Source: Candidatus Hadarchaeota archaeon
GTDB taxonomy: Archaea > CAYQAE01 > CAYVLA01
NCBI GenBank assembly: GCA_964621445.1
Contig: CAZUNO010000008.1
Span: forward strand, 38,483-102,482
Reading direction: 5' to 3'
DNA length: 64,000 bases
The translations under genes and the position numbers were made by a program. Of this stretch, positions 54,072 to 64,000 are shown piece by piece; position 1 is the stretch's first letter, and each line of letters begins with the position of its first letter. The notes below the pieces were generated by a model. It searched no databases and was not told the DNA's origin. It was given only the letters and a program-made list of their open reading frames with translations.

Positions 54072-54370
54072 GCAAGAGTGAATGGGGCTTCCTGTCTTTC
54101 CCACGTATCTTGCTAAAACGGTATTAACTGGGTTAATACGTATTGGTATTACCTAATCCATTCGGGGGAAGGAAAAAGCGGTTGCCCGGTCGCTAAATTT
54201 ACCCATCAGTTTGTTTTAATTGTCCTATTCTAGCTTTCAGACGTTCAGTAAACCTTATGAAAGCTAGTCCCAGGGCTATATTGGCGTTGGAAAGGGATGG
54301 GGATATCTTCCTTAAATACCCTGATGTCCAAAACAGAATTCAGACATGGCTTTGAGAGTATGAAAGCTGG

Positions 54371-55351
54371 TTGGAAAGAGATCAGGGGTTCGAGATGATC
54401 GTAGAAGAAAGTCGATTGCAGGCCTTGAGTTCATTGTATGCAACGACTAAGGATCTATTCCTTCAGACTAATTCCCACAGGCTTTGGTGTATGGCATTGC
54501 TAGTAGGGTCCCTGATTCTTCTCGGAGTTTTCTTCTTCCAGACCGAGGGACTGGTACGTCTTATGATTGGTCTGGCGGTTGCTCTGGTTTCATTTACCCT
54601 TCTGGTGAGCGAGTTATTCCTGAGCAGGAGATTGTATCTGACCCGCTCGGTTTTGGTGAGGATCGAAAGGGAACTTTCCGGACATATCACCGAGTACCTA
54701 GGGCGGAAGGCTGCTCGGAACAACCATTCCAAGAAGATAATTTCCACCGAGGGTGAAAACCCACGCTCGTCCGGAAACGAAGATGGAAATGAGATGCTTT
54801 GGCCGGTCAGCTTGATGTCGACCGGGTCAAAGTCATCATCCCTGGTCGCCGCCGATTCGAGTAACTGGATAATATTCATCCACGGCCTGGCCGGTTTCGG
54901 CATTATGGTGACCCTGGGCGTGGAGATCATTCACTCTGTGGAGGTCGGTCTTTTCAGTTCCATCTTGACCCTCAGCTACCTGGTGGGCGTTCTTGCCTTC
55001 TCCGCCTTTTTCGTTTACGTGGTTGCCTCTGAAAGGCATCTGCAGGAAATAGTTCTTGGAAAGAGCGAGAACGAGGCCAGGGACCAAAGCAAAAGAATGG
55101 TCTGGCAGGCCCTGGGCGCTGTCCTTGTGGTGATGGGTCCATTCCTGTGCTACGCCGGCATGAACTCAAAAACCGGAAACATGATTGAGGAGGTATGGCA
55201 GGCCCTGGGGTCAGTGGGAACGGAGACCACTTTCTGGGCTCCAGTGCTCCTTGCGGCCGGGCTGTTTATGATATTCATATCCCTTATCTGGCGGAGCGTG
55301 GAATCCGGTACCCTGGAGGCCAAGACCGAGTCCCAGCCAGAGCCTGAATAG
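54371..55351 (+). CDS. Hypothetical multi-pass membrane protein
   Basis: About six hydrophobic segments; no family recognised. Confidence 0.65.
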   Translation: MERDQGFEMIVEESRLQALSSLYATTKDLFLQTNSHRLWCMALLVGSLILLGVFFFQTEGLVRLMIGLAVALVSFTLLVSELFLSRRLYLTRSVLVRIERELSGHITEYLGRKAARNNHSKKIISTEGENPRSSGNEDGNEMLWPVSLMSTGSKSSSLVAADSSNWIIFIHGLAGFGIMVTLGVEIIHSVEVGLFSSILTLSYLVGVLAFSAFFVYVVASERHLQEIVLGKSENEARDQSKRMVWQALGAVLVVMGPFLCYAGMNSKTGNMIEEVWQALGSVGTETTFWAPVLLAAGLFMIFISLIWRSVESGTLEAKTESQPEPE

Positions 55352-55376
55352 TAATCCGAAAAATTCTCACCGAATT

Positions 55377-56348
55377 CTAAACTGCCTCGATAGTTGATGG
55401 TGGCTTGCTGGCTATGTTATAGGTAACGCTTACCACGCCGTCCACCTCGCTGGTTATTCTATCGGCGATCCTTGTCAGCGTCTCGTAGTCCAGATGGGTG
55501 GGCTTTCCCACCCGGGCGTCCTTGCTTTCCCAACAACGAACCTCTACCTGGAGGCCGAAATCGCGTTTCCCGTTCCTAACTCCGGTAACCCGGTCCTGGT
55601 GTAGAATGGCCATGTATTGAAATGCCCCGGTTTGGCTAAGCTCCTTCTCCACTATGTCCGTGGCCTCTCTAACCGTTTGGACCCTGGGCCGTGTAACCTC
55701 CCCGATCACTCTTGCGGCCAGCGCGGGTCCCGGGAAGGGAGGTCTTTGGTAGGTTTCCTTTGGCAGGCCTAGAGCCCTTCCAACCGCCCTCACCCCGGAT
55801 TTTCGAAGCCGAAGTAGGGGCTCAATTACCTTGTAGCCGTATTCCTTTTCGGTGTCTATACCCAGCTGTTCCAATATGTTGTGCTGTCTCTTTATTCCGG
55901 CCACCGTCTCCTCCACGTCGGTGTAGTTGGTTCCCTGGAGAAGGTGGTTGGCCTCGCTCTCCCTCACTATTCTCCCGAAGACATCCCGGTAGAAGGTCTC
56001 GGTTATCGCATTCCGCTTTTCCTCGGGATCGGTGATTCCCTTCAGCGCGTTGAAGAACTGATCCTTGGCATCCACCAGTTCCACCTCAACCCCCAGGTTA
56101 TTGAAGAGGTCAACCACCTCCCCCGGCTCGTTCTTGCGCATCAGCCCGTTGTCGATAAAATATGTCTTCAGTCTATCTCCAAGAGCCCTGTGGCCTAGAA
56201 GGGTCACCACCGAGGAGTCAACTCCGCCGGAAAGGGCGTTGATCGCCAGTTGGTCTCCGATCTCGGATCTTAGCTCTTTGACCTGCTGTGATATGAATTC
56301 CTCTGGATCAAGGTCTTCCAGCCGGATCTCTTCCACGTCCATCATCAT
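55377..56348 (-). CDS. guaAB: GMP synthase ATP-pyrophosphatase subunit B
   Basis: ALSGGVDSSV, LLQGT, IKRQHN, PFPGPALAAR and KPPSTIE motifs. Confidence 0.9.
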   Translation of the reverse strand: MMMDVEEIRLEDLDPEEFISQQVKELRSEIGDQLAINALSGGVDSSVVTLLGHRALGDRLKTYFIDNGLMRKNEPGEVVDLFNNLGVEVELVDAKDQFFNALKGITDPEEKRNAITETFYRDVFGRIVRESEANHLLQGTNYTDVEETVAGIKRQHNILEQLGIDTEKEYGYKVIEPLLRLRKSGVRAVGRALGLPKETYQRPPFPGPALAARVIGEVTRPRVQTVREATDIVEKELSQTGAFQYMAILHQDRVTGVRNGKRDFGLQVEVRCWESKDARVGKPTHLDYETLTRIADRITSEVDGVVSVTYNIASKPPSTIEAV

Positions 56349-56391
56349 CCTCCCCTTGAGTCAGGGGGTGATATATTTTTTTGCCACTATT

Positions 56392-57459
56392 TTAACCCAG
56401 AAGCTCCTGCCAATCTACCTGGCTGCCGAAAACCTCGCGGGCCTTGTCGATCCTTCTTGTATCACTGGGCTTGATCTTACCTATGGTTTTCTGTACGAGG
56501 TTAAGGGTTGCATAGGTGTCCTGGGGAACCATGATTATGGGTATTCGTTTGTCATCCGCCCTTGGCAGGATCTTTATCGTGGGGTAGAGGTTGCCGGTCA
56601 GAATGAGCGCCGAGGCCCCGGCCTCCATGGCTGCTAGTATTATGTCGGTCCTATCCCCGCCGGTCACCACCAGTTTGTCGGTTGTCCTCCTGAAGTACTT
56701 CATGGCACTCTCCATGGTCATGGCACCAACCAGATAGTTCCGGATGGTTCTATCCAGACCTTCCTCCCCGGCGAGAACCTTTCCCCCCAGTGCATCGCAG
56801 ATCTCCCTCACGCTCAACGCGCTGACGTCTCTGTCCTCGGGAACCACTCCCAATACGTCCAATCCATGCCTTTCCAGGCAAGCCCTCATGCTGGTTTTGG
56901 ATCTCTCCATCCTATCGCTGGGAACCCGGTTGAGAATGACACCCGAAGTAGATATTTCGTGATGTGTACAGTACTCGTCAGCGTGTATTAGGTCATCAAC
57001 CGCTGAGTCGTCCTCCCCCGCCGCTACAATCACCATCTTGGAGGAGAGTTCGCGGGCGATATTCGGAGAGCTCAGGCCCAGAAAGGAACCCGTCCACAGG
57101 GTGTCGGTACCCTCAATTAGGACCAGGTCCTTGCCCTCCGATAGCTGTTGGTAGGAGTCGATAATCCTCTGGTGAATATCCTCCTTCCGCTTTCCGGTGC
57201 AGTCCTGCAGTGATTCGGGCCTGGAGATCTTAACCGGACAGAGGGTTTCCATGTCCTCCTCGAGTTCCAGGATTTCCCTCATGGTCTCCACGTCCTCGTC
57301 TATTACCTGACCCTGGTCGTTTATCTTGGAGCCCTGGCCGATGGGCTTGAAATAGCCCACTTTAAGACCCTGAGATTTAGCTTCAAGACCCAGTGAAAGT
57401 GTCAACAGGGTCTTGCCGGAAAGCTCCTTCGTTGATGCTACGTATATGCTGCTTGCCAT
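56392..57459 (-). CDS. Phosphotransacetylase N-terminal-like (BioD-like/DRTGG) protein
   Basis: SGKT, GYFKPIG, LIEG, VGAM and VTGGDRTDI motifs; no Pta catalytic domain. Confidence 0.88.
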   Translation of the reverse strand: MASSIYVASTKELSGKTLLTLSLGLEAKSQGLKVGYFKPIGQGSKINDQGQVIDEDVETMREILELEEDMETLCPVKISRPESLQDCTGKRKEDIHQRIIDSYQQLSEGKDLVLIEGTDTLWTGSFLGLSSPNIARELSSKMVIVAAGEDDSAVDDLIHADEYCTHHEISTSGVILNRVPSDRMERSKTSMRACLERHGLDVLGVVPEDRDVSALSVREICDALGGKVLAGEEGLDRTIRNYLVGAMTMESAMKYFRRTTDKLVVTGGDRTDIILAAMEAGASALILTGNLYPTIKILPRADDKRIPIIMVPQDTYATLNLVQKTIGKIKPSDTRRIDKAREVFGSQVDWQELLG

Positions 57460-57463
57460 TTAC

Positions 57464-59575
57464 TCACCCCGATTCATCGCCCTCGGAAATTGTAACCCTC
57501 ACGTCGACGGCGACCGCATCCTCTTGGTAGGCAAAAAGAGGGTTGATCTCCATCTCCATGATGTCCTCAAAATCCACTGTAAGTTGGGACAGCCTCAGCA
57601 TGGCATCTATAACTGCGTCGATGTCAGAGCTGGGTTCTCCCCTGACCCCGCGAAGCAAGGCATAAGCCTTGGTCTGTTCTATCATTTCTCTCGCGTCCCT
57701 CTCGGACAAGGGGGATAATCCATATGAAACATCCTTCAAGAAGTTAACGTAAATCCCGCCCAGGCCAAACATCATCAGGGGACCGAACTGGGGATCCCTC
57801 ACCGAACCCACGATTACCTCCCTTCCAGAGGGATACATCTTCTGAATCAGCATTCCCTCGATTCTGGCCTCGGGCATCGCCACCCGGATTCTCTGCATTA
57901 CCTGCTGGTAGTTCCGCTCGACATCATCCCGATTTCGAACGTCAATGACAACTCCCCCTATGTCGGTCTTGTGTATGATCTCCGGGGAGACTATCTTCAT
58001 AACCACCGGGTAACCTACCTTGTCGGCCAGTTCACCGGCCTCTCTGGTATTACGGGCTATGGCCGCCTCGGGGACGGGAATACCATAGGCCTTTGCAAGT
58101 CGGAGGGATTCGATTATGGTCAGATTTATCCTGCCCTCAGCACGGGCCCCCTTGATGACCTTACGGGCCCTTGACTTGTCGAGGCCCGATATCCTGGTAA
58201 CCTCCTTCTCGCTGGCTTCAAGCGCCGATCTATAGCTACACATGCAATTCAGGACCTGGGCCGCGTGCTCGGGATAGTAGTAGTTGGGGATGTCGTTCTT
58301 TTTCAATTGATGCAGGCCATCATTTGAATCGTCAACACCCATGAAAACTGAGATTACGGGCTTTTCCTTAGTACCCCGTGATACCTCCACCACGGCTTCC
58401 GCCACCTTATCTACAGGGGTCATGGCCTGGGGAGTAAGGACCACTATGATGGAGTCCACGTTATTGCTCTTGATCGCCGCCCTCAATGCCAGTCTGTACC
58501 TGTCCTCATCCGCATCTCCAAGCACGTCCAGAGGATTGTGAACGCTGGCCTGGGGGGGAAGCTTCTTCCTCAGATTCTCGATGAAAGAATTCTCAAGCAG
58601 GGGAAGTTCCAGATCCACCTTCTCGCATGCATCGGCGGCCAGTATGCCCGGGCCCCCTCCGTTGGTCACGATCAGCACGTTTCGCCCCCTCGGTATGGGT
58701 TGTCCTTCAAAAGCCATTATCAGGTTGAAAAGCTCCTCGAGGGTCTCAACCCTGATTATTCCCGCCCGCCTAAAGGCTGCCGTGTAGGCGGTGTCCGAAC
58801 CGGCCAGGGAACCGGTGTGGGATGATACGGCCTTCATTCCCACGTCGGTGGTCCCCGCTTTAAGTGCGATTATGGGTTTCTTCCTGGTGACCCGGCTGGC
58901 CACCTCCACGAATCTCTTACCGTCCTTGGTTCCCTCGATGTAGAGGGCGATCACCCTGGTGTTCTCATCCTCGGCCAGGGCCTCTATGAAATCAGCGGAG
59001 GTCAGGTCGGCCTCGTTGCCCAGACTCACGAAGTTGGTGAATCCAACGTCCTTGTCGAGGGCCCAGTTCAGTATGGTGCTTCCTAAAGCTCCGCTCTGGG
59101 ACACGAATGCCACGCTTCCCATTGGTGGTTTGGTGGAGGCGAAGGAGGCGTTTACATTGCAGCCCACGTTGATTATGCCAAGGCAGTTGGGCCCCTGCAT
59201 GCGCATGTCGTACCTCCTGCAGATCTCTACCAGCTCCCTCTCGAGGGCGGTTCCCTTCCTTCCCACCTCGCTGAATCCTGCCGAAATGACAACCAGGTAT
59301 TTCACCCCTTTTTTCCCGCACTCCTCGGCCACGCTGGGGACAACCCTTGCCGGAACACATATCACGGCAAGATCAATTTCTCCGGGGACCTCGAGAACGC
59401 TGGGGTAGCATTTGAAACCCAGGATTTCATCGGCGCTGGGGTTTATGGGGTATAGATCGCCATCAAAGCCGGAGTCGATTATGTTCCTGAAGATCTTATG
59501 GCCGACCTTCTCCGAGTTGCGGCTGGCCCCCACCAGGGCAATTGATTTCGGCCTGAGCAGACTCTCGAGCTTCAT
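57464..59575 (-). CDS. ADP-forming acetate/acyl-CoA ligase (fused alpha-beta)
   Basis: GPNCLG, SQSGA, SHTGSLAG (phospho-His), NPLD, HKTDIGGV and EINPL motifs. Confidence 0.93.
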   Translation of the reverse strand: MKLESLLRPKSIALVGASRNSEKVGHKIFRNIIDSGFDGDLYPINPSADEILGFKCYPSVLEVPGEIDLAVICVPARVVPSVAEECGKKGVKYLVVISAGFSEVGRKGTALERELVEICRRYDMRMQGPNCLGIINVGCNVNASFASTKPPMGSVAFVSQSGALGSTILNWALDKDVGFTNFVSLGNEADLTSADFIEALAEDENTRVIALYIEGTKDGKRFVEVASRVTRKKPIIALKAGTTDVGMKAVSSHTGSLAGSDTAYTAAFRRAGIIRVETLEELFNLIMAFEGQPIPRGRNVLIVTNGGGPGILAADACEKVDLELPLLENSFIENLRKKLPPQASVHNPLDVLGDADEDRYRLALRAAIKSNNVDSIIVVLTPQAMTPVDKVAEAVVEVSRGTKEKPVISVFMGVDDSNDGLHQLKKNDIPNYYYPEHAAQVLNCMCSYRSALEASEKEVTRISGLDKSRARKVIKGARAEGRINLTIIESLRLAKAYGIPVPEAAIARNTREAGELADKVGYPVVMKIVSPEIIHKTDIGGVVIDVRNRDDVERNYQQVMQRIRVAMPEARIEGMLIQKMYPSGREVIVGSVRDPQFGPLMMFGLGGIYVNFLKDVSYGLSPLSERDAREMIEQTKAYALLRGVRGEPSSDIDAVIDAMLRLSQLTVDFEDIMEMEINPLFAYQEDAVAVDVRVTISEGDESG

Positions 59576-59782
59576 TGTTAAGCCTCTAGCAAATTTTCAT
59601 GAATATTTCGGGTCGTATTATTGGGCGGTTGTTCGAGGCCCTTGCCTCACCAGGTGTCCTGGAAGTGCGAATAAAATGCTTTCCACCCTGTTGAACCTGC
59701 ACGAATTACCCCGTTATCCGGGCTCCTAAACCCGGGGAGGAAGAAGTAATATGTGAATAGTACACTATTTAGGTAGATTATC

Positions 59783-61642
59783 ATGGTGACCGCTGAGCGA
59801 GAAAACGAGGAGGAAGGCTACGATGAAAAGAAGGTTAGCTTGGAGGAAGCCATTTCTCGGGTGGAGACCGGGGACCATATATTCATCGGGTCGGCGTGCG
59901 GTGAACCCCAGTACCTCTTGAAGGGGCTGGTCGAGCTCGGTGACCACCTCGCTGACAACGAGATACTGCACGTACATACCCTGGGGGTGGCACCCTACGC
60001 GAAGCCTCGCTATTCGAGCAGGTTTCGATTAAACGCCTACTTCGTGGGCATCAACACTCGGGAAGCGGTGGCCGAGGGAAGAGCGGACTACACCCCGGTG
60101 TTCCTGTCCGAGCTTCCGCTACTTGTGAAAAGAGGAAAGGTGCCCATGGACGTTGCCCTGATCCAGGTAACGCCGCCGGACGAGCATGGGTTCTGTAGTC
60201 TCGGGGTGTCAGTTGAGATGACAAAGACGGCCGCCGAGACCTGCGACTTCGTTATCGCCCAGGTAAATAATGAAATGCCCAGGGTACTGGGTGACAGCTT
60301 CATACACGTGGACGACATCGATCTCCTGGTAGAACACGACGAGCAGATTCTGGAATCTCCCCCCTCCCAGCAGGACATCGTGTCCGAGCGGATAGCCAAT
60401 CACGTGTCGGAGTTGGTTGACGATGAATCAACTCTGCAGATAGGGATCGGGAGGGTACCTGATGCGGTTCTGAACGCCCTGGATGATAAAAATGATCTGG
60501 GAATTCACACCGAGCTTCTTACCGAAGGGGTGGTGGATCTGGTGGAGAAGGGGGTCATCACCTGCGAGAAAAAAACCGTTAACAGGGGAAAGATAATCGC
60601 CTCCTTTGCCATGGGTACCAAAAGGCTGTACGACTTCATCGATAACAATCCCATGGTTGAATTCTACGAGTCCGATTACGTCAATGATCCCCATGTGATA
60701 TCCCGGCATGATAACATGGTGGCCATCAACCAGGCGCTAGAGGTGGACCTCACCGGCCAGGTCTGCTCCGACTCGCTGGGCTACAAATTCTACAGCGGCC
60801 TGGGAGGACAGGCGGATTTCATGAGGGGGGCAAAGCTTTCCAGGAATGGAAAGGCGATAACGGTGATACCCTCCACGGCAAAGGAGGGTACAATATCGAG
60901 GATACGTTCCCTTCTAAGTGAGGGTGCCGGCGTGGTCCTTACCAGGGGTGACGCGGATTACGTGGTCACCGAGTATGGAACTGCACGGCTGGGTGGCCGT
61001 ACCATCCGGGAAAGAGCACTGGGCCTGATCAACATTTCCCATCCCAAATTTAGAAACGAGCTCCTCCAGTGGGCCAAGGAGCACCATTACGTTCCTCTCG
61101 AGGTTCTGCCATTTCCCGAGGTGGAGTATCCCAAGGAACTGGAGAAGAAGGTGCAGCTCAAGGGCGGTATACAGATACAGCTACGGCCAATTAAGCCCTC
61201 GGACGCCACCATGAAACACCATCTTTTCTACTCCCTTTCCAAACAGGCGGTGGTGCATCGCTATCTGGGCCACATGAAGACCATGCCCATGAAGCGGATA
61301 TGGCCTTACGTGACCGTGGATTACGAGAACGAGATGAACATAGTGGCCACGGTTGAGGAGGAGGGTAACGAGGATCTGATAGCAATAGGTAGTTACGTTA
61401 GCATTCCTAACACCGAAAAGGCGGAGGTGGCGCTTGTGGTCAGGGATGACTGGCAGAACAAGGGGCTGGGCACGAAGATGCTGGAGTACCTTGTCGAGGT
61501 CGCCAAGGATAAGGGATTTGAGGGATTCACCGCCTGGGTCCTGAGCGATAATGACCGCATGATGCACGTGTTTAAGAAGCTGGGCTATGATGTTCAATAC
61601 AGGCTCGAGGGCAACGTATACCATGTTGAGATCGAGTTCTAG
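59783..61642 (+). CDS. Acetyl-CoA hydrolase/CoA-transferase (4-hydroxybutyrate CoA-transferase-like) fused to a C-terminal GNAT domain
   Basis: LQIGIG, GIHTE, GGQADF and VVTEYG motifs; GNAT AEVALVVRDDWQNKGLG. Confidence 0.92.
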   Translation: MVTAERENEEEGYDEKKVSLEEAISRVETGDHIFIGSACGEPQYLLKGLVELGDHLADNEILHVHTLGVAPYAKPRYSSRFRLNAYFVGINTREAVAEGRADYTPVFLSELPLLVKRGKVPMDVALIQVTPPDEHGFCSLGVSVEMTKTAAETCDFVIAQVNNEMPRVLGDSFIHVDDIDLLVEHDEQILESPPSQQDIVSERIANHVSELVDDESTLQIGIGRVPDAVLNALDDKNDLGIHTELLTEGVVDLVEKGVITCEKKTVNRGKIIASFAMGTKRLYDFIDNNPMVEFYESDYVNDPHVISRHDNMVAINQALEVDLTGQVCSDSLGYKFYSGLGGQADFMRGAKLSRNGKAITVIPSTAKEGTISRIRSLLSEGAGVVLTRGDADYVVTEYGTARLGGRTIRERALGLINISHPKFRNELLQWAKEHHYVPLEVLPFPEVEYPKELEKKVQLKGGIQIQLRPIKPSDATMKHHLFYSLSKQAVVHRYLGHMKTMPMKRIWPYVTVDYENEMNIVATVEEEGNEDLIAIGSYVSIPNTEKAEVALVVRDDWQNKGLGTKMLEYLVEVAKDKGFEGFTAWVLSDNDRMMHVFKKLGYDVQYRLEGNVYHVEIEF

Positions 61643-61643
61643 T

Positions 61644-62483
61644 TCAGAACCCGTTGGGTCTCTCGAACTCTCTTCGTACGTTTTCGATCTTCTCCCCCAC
61701 TATCTCGATATCACTAAGGTGAGAGGTCCCAAGACCCCGCTGTTCGGCGAGACGTAGGTACTTGACCTCCCCCGGATCAATGCCCATTACCGAGGCTGCG
61801 ACGGAGTCTACTGCCACCATATCACGGCCGCCGATTATCAAGTTCATCTTTATGGGCCTGCCGTGGACCTCCTCGACCTCAGCCCCGACGAGGCCGTCCA
61901 CGATATTGAGGGCTATCTTCTCGTTAAATATGGAGGCCAGGTCAACTATCTTCTCGTTGATACGGGAATGCATAACGCTCTTCGGAAGCATCATCCCCAT
62001 GAGATTCTTCATGCACAGGGTAACCAGGCTCAGGTGATGGACCTTCATCTTGGGTATATTTACGATGACATCGCTTTTCAAAGCCGTCTTGGCAATTCCT
62101 GCCTCCTTAAGGGCGGTACCTTTGGTTATCTCTACACTTACCCTCTTGTCCTGGTTGAGATCTACCAGCTCAACCTGCTTCTCCTCGGCGACGGCGTCTA
62201 TGCCTATCAACTGGAATGCACGGCTTGTGTTACCGGCACCACCCTCCCCGATAATTATCTCTGCTCCCGAATCCCCAAGCTGGTCTATAACCGCCGAGAC
62301 TATCCGGGGGTCGGTGGTCACCCCCGAATCCGGGGTCTTGGAGCTTATGCAATTGGGCTTTAAAAGCACCCTCTGCCCGGAACCGGCTATCCGTTCGCAA
62401 TTCAGGATCTGGAATATCTCCCTTATCATGTCGTCTGGATCTTGACCCTCCACTATGGCCACGCGTGATTTGGTTAAGGTCAT
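61644..62483 (-). CDS. DUF362-family protein
   Basis: VLLKPN, TTDP, PKMKVH, MKNLMG, IVDG and DMVAVD motifs. Confidence 0.88.
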   Translation of the reverse strand: MTLTKSRVAIVEGQDPDDMIREIFQILNCERIAGSGQRVLLKPNCISSKTPDSGVTTDPRIVSAVIDQLGDSGAEIIIGEGGAGNTSRAFQLIGIDAVAEEKQVELVDLNQDKRVSVEITKGTALKEAGIAKTALKSDVIVNIPKMKVHHLSLVTLCMKNLMGMMLPKSVMHSRINEKIVDLASIFNEKIALNIVDGLVGAEVEEVHGRPIKMNLIIGGRDMVAVDSVAASVMGIDPGEVKYLRLAEQRGLGTSHLSDIEIVGEKIENVRREFERPNGF

Positions 62484-62917
62484 CCTTGTTCCCTTCCAGG
62501 TTTTTCAAGAAGACTATATATGGGGATAAGAAAAAGGTGTCCATTTGTAGGGGATTTCGAACTTTCGGGACGCGAGGGGGGCCTAGCAGTTTAGATGAAA
62601 TATGGCCAATACCTCTCCATCCTTTCCATCCATGCTCGTATAGGTATCTATTGCCTCTCCCATTTTCTGGCAAACCCGCTCTATTCCCCTTTCCTCGGGA
62701 ACTGGGAGGGCTCCGTACTTGTCGGGTCCTGTTCCAGGAAGGGTGGACGATACATCCTCAGCGTGGTTGATACCGAGGCCCATGATCGGGTGCCGGTAAG
62801 GATTGTATTTCAGGGAGTCAAATCACCGGAGCTTGGGGATGGCGCGTTTTGTGCTCGCGAGATATCCACGACCACAATACCTTTGAAAAGCCGGACTTGG
62901 TAAAGCCGAGCCCCCCT

Positions 62918-63661
62918 TCATCTCTTTGATATCTCGAGCCCCTGGTCATCGATTACCGCGTTCAGACTATTCTGAAAGTTGCGGGGTGACCGGACGAAGG
63001 CCAAATACTCGGAAAGGGCCTCCGAGGAATTAACTGAGTTGTGTGCCAAAACTAGGCCTCCCTCTTTGAGGGAATTAAGGGAGGACTGCAATATATCTAA
63101 ATAAATGGATTTACCCTTGGCCCCCTTTCCATTGGCATCAAGATATAGTAGATCGATCTCTCCCTGAAAATTCTTCAACCATTTCACGCCATCCGCGTGA
63201 ACGATCTCAAATTGGTCCGGGGGAGCGATTCTTGCAACGTTGTTCCTTGCTCGTTTGGCTTCGCTTTTTCTTATCTCTATGCCTATGGATCTGCATGCTT
63301 GGTAGCATGAACCGGGCCCGATGGCTGCTCCGGCATTGCTTATGAACGTGAATCCGCAAAAGATGCCTACCGCCACCATGATCTTGGGCTGGGATATGGC
63401 GTTTACGGCGTACAGCAGGCGCTGCATACGCGGGGTTATGGCCGTCCATGGGATATCGAATTGGTCCTGAACCGACTTGCGCATGGCCATCATTTTGCCA
63501 CTGTCATACATTGTATGGGGTATGATGCTGGCTGAGGCCAGGGCCTCCAGGCAATCATGGACTATTGATTCCTCTCTGCTCAGCGGCTCCAGCTTTTGGT
63601 GGGGATTCCTCCAATCCATATGGTATTCGTTCCAGTCTGGGGCTCTATGGGTCAATGCCAT
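62918..63661 (-). CDS. Putative O-methyltransferase-like (class I SAM) protein
   Basis: AVGIFCGFT, GIEI, HADG, IDLLYLDA and LKEGGLVLAHN motifs. Confidence 0.8.
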   Translation of the reverse strand: MALTHRAPDWNEYHMDWRNPHQKLEPLSREESIVHDCLEALASASIIPHTMYDSGKMMAMRKSVQDQFDIPWTAITPRMQRLLYAVNAISQPKIMVAVGIFCGFTFISNAGAAIGPGSCYQACRSIGIEIRKSEAKRARNNVARIAPPDQFEIVHADGVKWLKNFQGEIDLLYLDANGKGAKGKSIYLDILQSSLNSLKEGGLVLAHNSVNSSEALSEYLAFVRSPRNFQNSLNAVIDDQGLEISKR

Positions 63662-63893
63662 GATTCACACCCTTCGGGAGTCCAATAAGGCGAGCCAATA
63701 AAAATAGAAATCTATTCACCGTGGATCGAATGGGGTTTACTGTACGAGGAAGGTCACCCAAAGGATGATGAGATCATGCATCTATTGATGCAATGTGCCT
63801 CAGTTATCTCTTACCCACCCGACGGTGCGTCCGGGAAACACCATTTCCCCCAGCTCCCTGTGGAGGGATTAGGCCCCATGATCGATCCTGTGC

Positions 63894-63924
63894 AAAAATG
63901 AAAAAAAAAGGAAAAAAATGAAAA
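63894..63924 (-). terminator. Long U-rich terminator
   Basis: Minus strand has successive T tracts starting about 20 nt after the stop of the truncated gene at 63947. Confidence 0.65.
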
Positions 63925-63946
63925 TTGGGGTTTTGTGTGTCTGTGT

Positions 63947-64000
63947 CTAGTTCCTTCTTTTGAGAAGGCCGATACAGAACAGTGCAGCTATGCTAGGTAG
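63947..64000 (-). CDS. 3' end of a gene encoding a C-terminally anchored surface protein (partial)
   Basis: Manual translation ...LPSIAALFCIGLLKRRN* is a TM segment plus basic tail. Confidence 0.6.
   Translation of the reverse strand, partial: LPSIAALFCIGLLKRRN

Noticed and set aside
62484-62917. Short ORFs between DUF362 and the methyltransferase (62583-62783 and others)
   Set aside because: No recognisable motif or RBS, and overlapping frames conflict. It may be a pseudogene scrap but cannot be supported.

Overview
Archaeal chromosomal window (lineage not determinable from sequence alone). It has five parts. (1) 1-14.5 kb: housekeeping genes (pth2, truD, sepF, aCPSF1/fttA, egsA, slyD, serS, dUTPase-like) and several membrane or surface orphans. 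(2) 14.6-32.0 kb: the canonical archaeal S10/spc ribosomal superoperon from uL3 to secY, then EMC3/DUF106, eL34, cmk, eL14, cbf5 and an RsmC-like methyltransferase, ending in a tRNA-Ser(GGA) with two BHB-type introns. adk is missing from its usual slot, and the EMC3 homolog has an unusual secreted N-terminal domain. (3) 32.0-40.9 kb: the strongest novelty candidate, a tightly coupled three-gene minus-strand operon. It encodes an McrB-type AAA+ GTPase whose N-terminus is a ~16-helix (4x4) membrane domain, a 1655-aa surface protein with 15 fibronectin-III repeats, and an McrC/DUF2357-like protein with an apparently degenerate nuclease site. (4) 41-49.6 kb: FmdE/NikR, a K+-dependent membrane PPase and PolX-PHP, then a low-coding-density patch with a 126-bp direct repeat, a structured element, a 16-bp palindrome and two small regulators. 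(5) 49.8-64 kb: transglutaminase-like, antiporter, GMP synthase B and acetate/acyl-CoA metabolism genes. All calls come from manual motif reading; no searches were run.
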